Under the pieces are notes generated by a model. The model did no database searches and was not told the origin of the DNA. It worked only from the letters and a program-made list of their open reading frames with translations. Shown here piece after piece: positions 38,876-47,776 of a DNA stretch of 64,000 bases; the first letter of the stretch is position 1; every line of letters starts with the position of its first letter. Source of the stretch: a virus; the IMG/VR virus record IMGVR_UViG_3300043424_000316, positions 13,221 to 77,220 of that record; one strand, written 5' to 3'. Made by a program: the position numbers and the translations under genes.

Positions 38876-41800
38876 TTAAGATTGTCCTCGTGATTCACGA
38901 ATTTGTTGTAACCATTCTGGTAAAACTTCAAAAGGTAAAACTAAAATTATCAAAGCACTTGGATCATTGTTTATATCTAAATATGTGTAATTTGGCGTAT
39001 ACATAGGATATGAAATTTTATTAAGAACATCCCCACCTGGTAATTTACAACCATCGAATCTTATATTTCGTATTGATTGGGGGTAGTTATTCATATTCAT
39101 TTGACTTGAAGTTACATACTGATATTCAGAGTAATTAGAACTATCAGAATTTACAGATGATGTGTAATAGAAATAATATGATTTGTAGAAATTGTCATGT
39201 CTACCATTTCCAATAATTTCAAATGTTGATGTTCTTTTATTGTATTGATTTGATGCAGTATACCAACTTTTACTTGAACTAACAGATCCACCATATATGT
39301 AATTTATTCTATCAAATGTATTTGTAAATTGAAGATTAAAACTTGCAGAAGGATCTAAATTGGTTGAATTTGAATCTAACAATCTATTAAACTTTCCAAT
39401 AATTTTTCTTCTATTTTTAGAATCTAAGAAAATATCGTATGTAGTTTTTTCTGCAGTAAAACTTGTAGGTCTTGATCGTATAGTTGCCTTTTGATCCAAA
39501 GTTTGACCAAATATATTTCTATATCTTTCGGAAATACTTGCTGTTGTTGCAGAAATGTTTGTTATTAAATTTGTTGATACATCAATATCATCTTCTAAAT
39601 TATCTGTTTCAGATTCGATAACAGTTTCAATATCAAATTCACCATTTATATTTGTAAATTCACTTGGTATTTCTTCATCAAATCCAACAAAAATTGTTGT
39701 CTTTTTTGAATTTGATATATCACCACTAATAACAACTGATGACGATATTTCTGTTGTATCTCTTACAAATTTTTCAGGAGGCAATCCACCGAAATCACGA
39801 TTGATTTTTACCTTAGACCTTTCAAGTATATTTGGTTCAACTACAACCCCAAGTATTTCATTTGTTCTAACAGGTAATGTCTGACGTATTTGATCGAAAA
39901 CACTAAAATCAAATAACGATACCATTCTCAAATAAGCGGTAAAGTCATTTCTAGTTGTATATTTTTTCCAATACTCTTGAGCAAATTTTTTCAATGCAGG
40001 GTATTCATCTTTTTTGGTATTCGAGTATTCACCCAAATAATCATCTATAACAGTATAACCGATTGATTCGTATATGTCTTCATTTATTATGTGTTGTGGT
40101 GAAAATGCAACCATCAATTTATTAGAATCGATAGAGAATCTATCAAATGCAGTTACAGTTGATGATTCATCCATTAACAATGCACCTTGTAATGATGCAG
40201 AGTCTATTCTTATCTTTTCAGAAAAAGGAGTGTTGTTAGCAACAGTTGCAACTTCCATGTTGTAAACTTCAACTGTTGGTATAAATGAATCACGATTGAA
40301 CAAATGAAAATATGCATTCTTTGAAGAACTATAAAAAGTATTTTTTGTTTGATCCGGATGGACACTCTTAATACTTGATGTTGATTCTGCATTAAATGGT
40401 TGCCAGAATTTCCACTGACCTTGTAAGTCATAGAAAGAAGATGTTGATGTATTTCCATTGTATGATCTTGCAGCAAGAACGTGGTTATCAAATGAAGATG
40501 TTATTAGAGATTTTGTCCAATATCTTAATTCAAAAATTGATCCAGATAATGAATAATATGTTTGTTGATTTGAACCAGATCCTAAAAATAAATTACCATC
40601 TGATGACCAAGCTCTATTGTAGTTACTTTCAGTTGCACCATTTACACTTATACTTGCACTTCTATCTACAACAATTTTTCCATACTTTTCTGTTTTTAAT
40701 ATGAAATCATAAGTTTGATTTGTGGTTAAGTTATCACTGTTCTGATTTCTACGAATCATTATGTTAAGTGGAATGTCATCATACAGATATTCGTCTTTAA
40801 TAGAAGCAGATTTATAGTTAGTACCATCACCGATATAAAATGTCAAATCACCCTTTTCATCAGATCCGGTTCTATTAACAGTTACAAACCAATCAACTCT
40901 ACTTGAAGTTGTTTCTTTTTGTAATAAGGTTTGAATCTTATTACCTTCATAATCATAAAATTTAGACGGATTCATTTTCCATCTAAATGTCAAAGTATCT
41001 GGAAACTGCCAAGTATTGTTTTCATTGTTTACTCTTTCCCAAGGCACTTTTACATAACTTGATGTTGGTGGTTGCTGTCTACTTCCAACAAATTCCAAAT
41101 AATATGTATGTTTTTCCCACTCTGCTCTTGGGATAATACCCAAATCTGCATTATCAGGTCCACCGTATTCTCGTATACTTAATAGAGTTTGTGGAATACC
41201 ATAGGCAGCCAAAAGTGCCTTTATTCCTCTTGAAGTTCCTTTTGATTTATAGATGTACGGTAGATTGTTTAATACCCGTCTCCAAACCTCTTTGGTTCGT
41301 TCTTCTTCACTCTTTGAATAGTTTTTACCTACTGTTGTTCTTCCAGTCCATATCGGCTCGCCACTACCACTTAAACCTAAAGCATATTCCCAAAGGTCTT
41401 TTGTTTTTGTTCCACTTGATAATGTCCAACCTAAATTTCGAGTTACCTCATAAATAAGATCTTGTGATACACCGTCTTTCGGGTGTTCTAATCGTAAATT
41501 CTTTTTTAATATATGGTCAGTGTAATAATACAGAACATCAAAATGTTGAGCCAACATATTAACAAATGTTATTATCTGATTATTGTCTGGATTATCATAT
41601 ACATGGTCAGGTAATGCCTTTACAAGTGCAGCAGAATTTGACATATCATAGTCTGTTGCCAAATCTAATATATTGTTATACCAATTCTCAACCTCAGTTG
41701 ATGTTGTTTGATATAAATTAAACTTTCCTTGTCTTGATATTAAATCGTATGTACTTCCGGTTACTTCATATTTTGGAAATGGTTTTATTGAAGAAGTTAA

Positions 41801-42934
41801 TTCGGAAGTATATCGTAAACTCGCAGAAGTTTCATAGTACAACCATTTTTCAAACTCATCAAATCCAGATACAACTTTATCTCTAAGCATTTTAACTTTT
41901 GTCTTATTAGATTCAAGTGATCCAGTGTATACTTCTAAATTCGATAATTGAGTATTGTAGTTTTCTATCAATCGTATTTTGTAGTAAAAATTTTCAACTC
42001 TTTCTTCGGCAGAAGAATAAAATACAAAATTCTTAAATTCAGTAAAATCATAATTCAATGATACATTTGATCCAGATACATTTATGTATTTATCTAAAAT
42101 CTGCTGAGAAGTCTGTACATTAGTTGAAAGTAAATCAGTCCAATTTTTATACTCTGTGGTTCCTGTTATGAATCTATCATATTCTACTTCAAAATTTGGA
42201 CCCTTGATAAATCTTGGTTGTAATCTTTCAAACTCTTTTTCTACTTGAACCGAATCTATGTACGGTTTCATTATCTGACTTGAAAGCCAGCACTGATAGT
42301 ATAAATCAACATCAAATGGTAAAGGTTCTGCTAACTTTACAAAAAAGTATGTAGGGTTTCCATCAGAAGTTACATTTATTACATCTACTATATTATTTTC
42401 ACCAAAGTTCAGAACTATTGGTAGTTTGTATCGAGATCCCCTCATATACTCGACTACAAAATTTGTTAGATTTTCAATAGATTCTAAATCACTTGGATTT
42501 GTTAAAGTTAAACGGAGTTCTTTTCTATCAGAAGATAAATCTGAAATGAATAATCTATTTTGATTATCATTTGATCCAATTAAATCTCTAAAAAAGTTGT
42601 AAACAATTCTATATGGACCAGGAATTAAATTTAATTGTCTTATATGATCATGTATAGGCAGATTAACATATCGTATAGGTTCGCCGTCTTCATTTACTCT
42701 TGGATCAATAGAATAATTTGCATAATATAATGTAGTAAAATAAGCGGAGTTTGGTAAAAATACGTGAAGTTCAACATTTGTACCAGGAGAAGATGGATCC
42801 TCTGGATTGTTTAATGTAGAAAATTTAGGAACAATAATTTTACTGTTCAAATCAGAATAAAGAAATCGTTCACCACGAATTGGATCACGTGACCTTAATA
42901 TGTCTGTTATATTTTTGTATAAAAAATTTGGCAT
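38876..42934 (-). CDS. Baseplate wedge-like protein (P2 gpI / T4 gp7-like motif)
   Basis: RVLNNLPYIYKSKGTSRGIKALLAAYGIP motif, a LamG-like segment (SGSIFELRYW) and a position near gp6/gp25. Confidence 0.6.
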   Translation of the reverse strand: MPNFLYKNITDILRSRDPIRGERFLYSDLNSKIIVPKFSTLNNPEDPSSPGTNVELHVFLPNSAYFTTLYYANYSIDPRVNEDGEPIRYVNLPIHDHIRQLNLIPGPYRIVYNFFRDLIGSNDNQNRLFISDLSSDRKELRLTLTNPSDLESIENLTNFVVEYMRGSRYKLPIVLNFGENNIVDVINVTSDGNPTYFFVKLAEPLPFDVDLYYQCWLSSQIMKPYIDSVQVEKEFERLQPRFIKGPNFEVEYDRFITGTTEYKNWTDLLSTNVQTSQQILDKYINVSGSNVSLNYDFTEFKNFVFYSSAEERVENFYYKIRLIENYNTQLSNLEVYTGSLESNKTKVKMLRDKVVSGFDEFEKWLYYETSASLRYTSELTSSIKPFPKYEVTGSTYDLISRQGKFNLYQTTSTEVENWYNNILDLATDYDMSNSAALVKALPDHVYDNPDNNQIITFVNMLAQHFDVLYYYTDHILKKNLRLEHPKDGVSQDLIYEVTRNLGWTLSSGTKTKDLWEYALGLSGSGEPIWTGRTTVGKNYSKSEEERTKEVWRRVLNNLPYIYKSKGTSRGIKALLAAYGIPQTLLSIREYGGPDNADLGIIPRAEWEKHTYYLEFVGSRQQPPTSSYVKVPWERVNNENNTWQFPDTLTFRWKMNPSKFYDYEGNKIQTLLQKETTSSRVDWFVTVNRTGSDEKGDLTFYIGDGTNYKSASIKDEYLYDDIPLNIMIRRNQNSDNLTTNQTYDFILKTEKYGKIVVDRSASISVNGATESNYNRAWSSDGNLFLGSGSNQQTYYSLSGSIFELRYWTKSLITSSFDNHVLAARSYNGNTSTSSFYDLQGQWKFWQPFNAESTSSIKSVHPDQTKNTFYSSSKNAYFHLFNRDSFIPTVEVYNMEVATVANNTPFSEKIRIDSASLQGALLMDESSTVTAFDRFSIDSNKLMVAFSPQHIINEDIYESIGYTVIDDYLGEYSNTKKDEYPALKKFAQEYWKKYTTRNDFTAYLRMVSLFDFSVFDQIRQTLPVRTNEILGVVVEPNILERSKVKINRDFGGLPPEKFVRDTTEISSSVVISGDISNSKKTTIFVGFDEEIPSEFTNINGEFDIETVIESETDNLEDDIDVSTNLITNISATTASISERYRNIFGQTLDQKATIRSRPTSFTAEKTTYDIFLDSKNRRKIIGKFNRLLDSNSTNLDPSASFNLQFTNTFDRINYIYGGSVSSSKSWYTASNQYNKRTSTFEIIGNGRHDNFYKSYYFYYTSSVNSDSSNYSEYQYVTSSQMNMNNYPQSIRNIRFDGCKLPGGDVLNKISYPMYTPNYTYLDINNDPSALIILVLPFEVLPEWLQQIRESRGQS

Positions 42935-42961
42935 ATAAAACTTTCACTTATTAAATTATTA

Positions 42962-43747
42962 TTAACCTTCTTCGTCTTGCGGTTCTTCTTCACCGGTATC
43001 ATTAGCAAAATAATCAGCTTCTATGAGTTTTGACATTCTACTTAAACCAATCTCATTTTCATCTATAAAATTACTTTTGAAATTTTTCAAAGAATCAACA
43101 TCTTCTGCCAATGCAGTCAATGTTTCATTTGTTCTTTCAGATAATGCATTCAATATATTTTCGGTTCTTATCTTATCTGTTTCTAATCTCGTTGACAAAT
43201 CTGTTAGTATCTGTTCTTGTTGAGCAGACAACTCAGTATTTATTCTTTCAAATGCATCAGCACGAACTTGTTGTTCTAGATATTCATTTGCCCACAGATT
43301 CATTGTTTCTTGCCACTTAACTTCTTGTGTACCCCAATCTGCAAGTTCTTGATTTTGTGAATCTATTATATTCTGCAATTCATCTATTTTTTGTTTCAAA
43401 CCTTCTATTGAGTTTGGATCATTCTGTGCTATATTCTGTAAATTTTCTAATAATTGATTTCTAGCAACACTTTGTATATTTTCCATTTCGGATGGTGAAA
43501 TTCCAGAAAGTGGAACACCTCTTAATAATCCAGTTTGTATTGTTTTTATTTGATCAAAAACCTTTTTCTCTGCATCAACGGCATCTCTTAATGTAGAAAA
43601 ATTTGACTTTACCACAAAATCAAAATTAGAAGACAAGAATCTTTCATCAACAACAGGAACTTCTATTTGTCCTTTATTATTAGAAGAACGGTCATCCAAA
43701 TAACTAAGTATTCGGTTTGTAGCAGAGTCTCTACTCAATTCATTCAT
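42962..43747 (-). CDS. Hypothetical coiled-coil protein
   Basis: Heptad-rich acidic helical sequence. Confidence 0.6.
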   Translation of the reverse strand: MNELSRDSATNRILSYLDDRSSNNKGQIEVPVVDERFLSSNFDFVVKSNFSTLRDAVDAEKKVFDQIKTIQTGLLRGVPLSGISPSEMENIQSVARNQLLENLQNIAQNDPNSIEGLKQKIDELQNIIDSQNQELADWGTQEVKWQETMNLWANEYLEQQVRADAFERINTELSAQQEQILTDLSTRLETDKIRTENILNALSERTNETLTALAEDVDSLKNFKSNFIDENEIGLSRMSKLIEADYFANDTGEEEPQDEEG

Positions 43748-44922
43748 CGTACAACCTTAAAGTAATGATTATTGTCAAAAATTTGAACGTTATCGCCACC
43801 ATCTCTTTCTACTTTAACAACTACTCTATAAAATCTTTCTGGTTGAAAAGAATCCATCCAAAGATTAAAATAACTGCTAGTACCATCACAACTTATTTTT
43901 GATCCAGTATAATCAAATGGTAGTATCACTTCATCGGTATGTGCATCTCGTATTTCATAATAAGAAGATGACGGTAAATAATAATTTACTGTTTGATATG
44001 CAGTTGTTGTATAATTTTTTTGTGGATAACGAGTATTTGCATATATTCTTATTTTTGCCTTTTCTTTTTCTGCGTAGAATTTTTTCAATTTTACATTTAT
44101 ATTGACATTATCTTCTGAAACTGGAGTCAGACTTCCTGTAATAAATTCAGAATCATCCCATACTATATTCAGTCTTGGGACATAGATTGTGTTACTATCT
44201 GTTCCAAAAAATTTAAGACTGTTTAATAGATTATCGGGAGAACTCTCCATTTCATTACTGAATTTTAGCAACATACCATCATTTTCAAACCTACCGGATC
44301 CAGTTATCCATTTTTTAACTATACCACTAACATCCATGTATAAATCAGTTGATTCAAAAGAAAATGATTGAGTACATTCCAAACCATCGTAATCCCACCA
44401 AGTTCCACCACCCTCATGTGTAAAATATGATGATGTTACGGTTGCTGTTAAGTAATTTGTTCCAAATAATATATTGGCATCAACCCATGTTTCAGATATA
44501 CCATCCCATTCGTATGAACCAGTTTGTGGTGGAATATCCCATTCTATTCCAGTTACTTTTGATGTTCTATATTTCCATGAAACACCATCTGTTGTATATG
44601 GAAGATTTGAAAATCTACCAGTTCCGTTTACCCAAGATGAACTCAATGGATATGCATATACAACATATTCTTGTGGAATTTCTCGTATATCTGCAGTAAT
44701 CAATGATAGATAGTATTTTGCATTGTTTGATATTTTGCCAGAATTTACTTTATTCTGAATATCAGATACATCAAATTTCAACAGTATTCTGCTATTGTAA
44801 ATTGATGAACCAGATCCAGGAGTTTCGTGTGATAATTCCAACAATGGATCTATACCAGTATTCATGGTATATTGTCTTTCGTAAATCGTTGCATCTCTTT
44901 GAGCAAAAATAGAATATATCAT
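43744..44922 (-). CDS. Virion structural protein, DNRLRE-like beta-sandwich
   Basis: DATIYE..NTG...SRILLKFD, SWVNGTG and FFGTDSNTIYVPRL. Lies in the baseplate operon. Confidence 0.5.
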   Translation of the reverse strand: MIYSIFAQRDATIYERQYTMNTGIDPLLELSHETPGSGSSIYNSRILLKFDVSDIQNKVNSGKISNNAKYYLSLITADIREIPQEYVVYAYPLSSSWVNGTGRFSNLPYTTDGVSWKYRTSKVTGIEWDIPPQTGSYEWDGISETWVDANILFGTNYLTATVTSSYFTHEGGGTWWDYDGLECTQSFSFESTDLYMDVSGIVKKWITGSGRFENDGMLLKFSNEMESSPDNLLNSLKFFGTDSNTIYVPRLNIVWDDSEFITGSLTPVSEDNVNINVKLKKFYAEKEKAKIRIYANTRYPQKNYTTTAYQTVNYYLPSSSYYEIRDAHTDEVILPFDYTGSKISCDGTSSYFNLWMDSFQPERFYRVVVKVERDGGDNVQIFDNNHYFKVVR

Positions 44923-46808
44923 CCGAATGACCTCGCTCTTCCAACAATATCATTGTTTGGATATTTTATTTCAAAAATCGAAGGATCTAGTGATGGGAAT
45001 AATACACCATCTTTAATAGATTGATCTATATTGTAAGCATGGGGTGAATAACCTAATGAAGGATCAAATAGATTCTTAATTTTTACATTAACAACAGTTT
45101 GAACTCCAGGAACTCTATCAAGTTCTGTAAATATATTACTGATGATGATTGGTTGATTTATTTGCCATTTTTTAACATCAAAGTAACTTTTCAATCTATC
45201 GATACATCTAAGAATTACTTGATTGGAATTTTCATCTGGAAGTGTAATAATATCAAATTCAATTCCGATGTTTATGATATAAGCATCTCTAATGTTTATG
45301 GCATCTGTTAATAGTCTATACCAATTTAGATAATTTTTGAGATTTTCTTTTGTTGCATCATTTACAGTTGTCAATTTTCCATTTATGTCATAACCCAATA
45401 CATAGAAATTTAGAGCCAAATCATTTTGAACTCTATCACTATTAAAAATAGAATCTCTTGTTAGTTGGGTATCTTTTGTTATGTATGCCTTTGCTATAGA
45501 TCCGTATCTCTGTGGTAAACTATAAGCACGGATTATGTAATCTTCTTTTGTTACCGCTCTATTTTGTGCAGCAAATGATGCAACTGCATTGTATCTGATT
45601 TCATTTATATCTTCTTCAACTTTACCACCAGTGGCAGGTTCAGGATTGGTAACTGCCAAACTTGATACGGCCTGTGAATAAAGAACAGGATCCAAACCTT
45701 CTTGATCAAGAACAACATTTCTTCTCAATATATTGGTTAATACTTCACTTGGAACATTATCAGTATTACCATTCCCAACTGTATAATAAAATGTTAGTGT
45801 TGTATTATTAGGAGAAAGGCCGTATGTTTTTGTATAAAGAAAATTTGAAGGATCAATATCTATCGATAGATTTGGATTAGTCATTGGTAACGAACCACCA
45901 ACTAAATCCGGATTAGGTATCAATAGTTCATCATCAACATCACTAATTCCCGCACCAAATTGTATTTCATATGTACCATTTGAGAATTGTCTTGTTGTAA
46001 ATCTTCTTGGAATTTTTTTCAGTTTTAACAAATAGGGTGTTTCCAATCTATATTTGCTAAGTTTTGCATCATTTCTTGGGATGTTAAGAATTGGTTCAAA
46101 TACAGTATCTTGTGATAAGTAAGGTACATTTGTCCATACGTTTCCTTCACTATCAGTTGCATATAAAACTTCTATTATGTTTTCAACTTCTAATGTTACC
46201 TTATCATATGGTTTTGGATCACTAAATGTAAATTCAGCAGTACGAATATCACCAGATACCGCTTTTGTTGATTTTCTAAGCAACCAATAAGTAACCTCGC
46301 CAGTGGTATCATCTATTTCATACGGAGTAACTTCGGTTGGATCAAAACTACTACTCGTTTTGAAATCAACATAATCTATTGTTCTAAAACTAACATCACC
46401 TTCGGCTGTTGGTGAAACTACCATTCCAGGTTGTACCGCAAAAGCATAATCAAAATCAGGAACAACACTTCCACTGATTTGTTTTGCCGGAACAATCTGA
46501 AAAACATCTAAAACAACATTTGCAGAAATTCTATTTTTAGGTGTATAACCCAATGATTGTGCAATGTTTAATATATTTTGACGTTCATTTGCGAACAAAA
46601 TCATCGATTCTTGTAGAGTAACATCGGTATAAAAAGATAAGACATCACCAACATAAGCAGCCATTTCCATGAACATCATTCCTGGAGATGCCTCGTTAAA
46701 ATCTTGGTATGTATCTGGAAAATAATTTTTGCTAAAATCTACAAGTGCCTTTTTTAGCGAATTAAAATCTCTGTTTGAATAACGAATGTCTTTGTTTATC
46801 AAGGCCAT
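44919..46808 (-). CDS. Baseplate wedge subunit (T4 gp6 / baseplate J-like)
   Basis: RDFNSLK..L..F..YFPDTYQDFNEASPGMMFMEMAAYVGDVLSFY, IQFGAG and ATGG..E...IRYNA..F.AQNRAVTKEDY. Confidence 0.9.
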   Translation of the reverse strand: MALINKDIRYSNRDFNSLKKALVDFSKNYFPDTYQDFNEASPGMMFMEMAAYVGDVLSFYTDVTLQESMILFANERQNILNIAQSLGYTPKNRISANVVLDVFQIVPAKQISGSVVPDFDYAFAVQPGMVVSPTAEGDVSFRTIDYVDFKTSSSFDPTEVTPYEIDDTTGEVTYWLLRKSTKAVSGDIRTAEFTFSDPKPYDKVTLEVENIIEVLYATDSEGNVWTNVPYLSQDTVFEPILNIPRNDAKLSKYRLETPYLLKLKKIPRRFTTRQFSNGTYEIQFGAGISDVDDELLIPNPDLVGGSLPMTNPNLSIDIDPSNFLYTKTYGLSPNNTTLTFYYTVGNGNTDNVPSEVLTNILRRNVVLDQEGLDPVLYSQAVSSLAVTNPEPATGGKVEEDINEIRYNAVASFAAQNRAVTKEDYIIRAYSLPQRYGSIAKAYITKDTQLTRDSIFNSDRVQNDLALNFYVLGYDINGKLTTVNDATKENLKNYLNWYRLLTDAINIRDAYIINIGIEFDIITLPDENSNQVILRCIDRLKSYFDVKKWQINQPIIISNIFTELDRVPGVQTVVNVKIKNLFDPSLGYSPHAYNIDQSIKDGVLFPSLDPSIFEIKYPNNDIVGRARSFG

Positions 46809-46822
46809 GTTTTATCTCTTAT

Positions 46823-47332
46823 TTAATAATTTTCGGGATATATTGCAGGAATCTCTATCCCACCAGTAACAGATATAAATATCTGAATGGGTAAATATAT
46901 CGTTGTTTCTCGTAGTTTTACGGTAAATTCTATCTTTATTGCATGGTCATTTTCGGACAAATATGATTCTTCTGGATTTATATTGACCACTAATTTTTCC
47001 AATGTTAAAAAAGGCATCCATTCTTTGAATGCATCGACTATATCACTTTTTATAGCATCTATAAATGTTTCTTCACTTGTTATATTCTCAAAAAGAATAT
47101 ATCTAAGATTTGTTCCAAAAGTTGGCAGCATATATCTTTCACCCTTAGCGGTGAGAAGTAGGTTTCTTATATTTGAATAAATTTGTTGTCTGTTTGTTAC
47201 ACTTTGATAAAACACTCCCTTTGGGTTATTGAATGGCATCAATACACCAACAAATTTATTACTTTTAACAGAACCCTCATTTACGGGTTTTGTAAAATAC
47301 TCCCATCTATTTCTACCTAATCTTTTTTCCAA
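46823..47332 (-). CDS. Baseplate wedge gp25/GPW-like protein
   Basis: NIRNLLLTAKGERYMLPTFGTNLRYILFE is the gp25 family signature. Confidence 0.9.
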   Translation of the reverse strand: MEKRLGRNRWEYFTKPVNEGSVKSNKFVGVLMPFNNPKGVFYQSVTNRQQIYSNIRNLLLTAKGERYMLPTFGTNLRYILFENITSEETFIDAIKSDIVDAFKEWMPFLTLEKLVVNINPEESYLSENDHAIKIEFTVKLRETTIYLPIQIFISVTGGIEIPAIYPENY

Positions 47333-47335
47333 TTA

Positions 47336-47764
47336 TCATCTCCCTTTTTTTTCATCTATTTTTTTCATAAGAGCAGAATAGTCTTTTGTCAATGCAGACA
47401 TAACTTCACTTGGTATTTCGGCTTTATTATACCCTTGTGGTATTGGTGCACTACCTCTTTCATACCCAAAACCTTCAGCCATATCCGCAGTGAAAGTAAA
47501 TTCATCTTCCATCTCATAACTTTCTTGAAGACTTCTTTTAGTTTCTTCTAATAATTGCTGTATAGAAGCAAATTCTGTTTTTTGAGTTTTAGGTTTAACA
47601 GTTTTTTTAGGAGACTGAATCTCATTGTACATAGTCAATCCATGTTTCAAGGTGGAAACATCATCTTTTTTCGTTTGTTTTTGATTCAATTTTTTTGTAA
47701 GAGCATAATCTATTTCCTCTCTTATTATTGAACGTATTTCTTGTAAAAATTTTTTCGTGTCCAT
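47336..47764 (-). CDS. Hypothetical phage protein
   Basis: 142-aa ORF with an AAGGAG RBS; ends ALTKDYSALMKKID. Confidence 0.65.
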   Translation of the reverse strand: MDTKKFLQEIRSIIREEIDYALTKKLNQKQTKKDDVSTLKHGLTMYNEIQSPKKTVKPKTQKTEFASIQQLLEETKRSLQESYEMEDEFTFTADMAEGFGYERGSAPIPQGYNKAEIPSEVMSALTKDYSALMKKIDEKKGR

Positions 47765-47776
47765 TCTAAAAACTCC

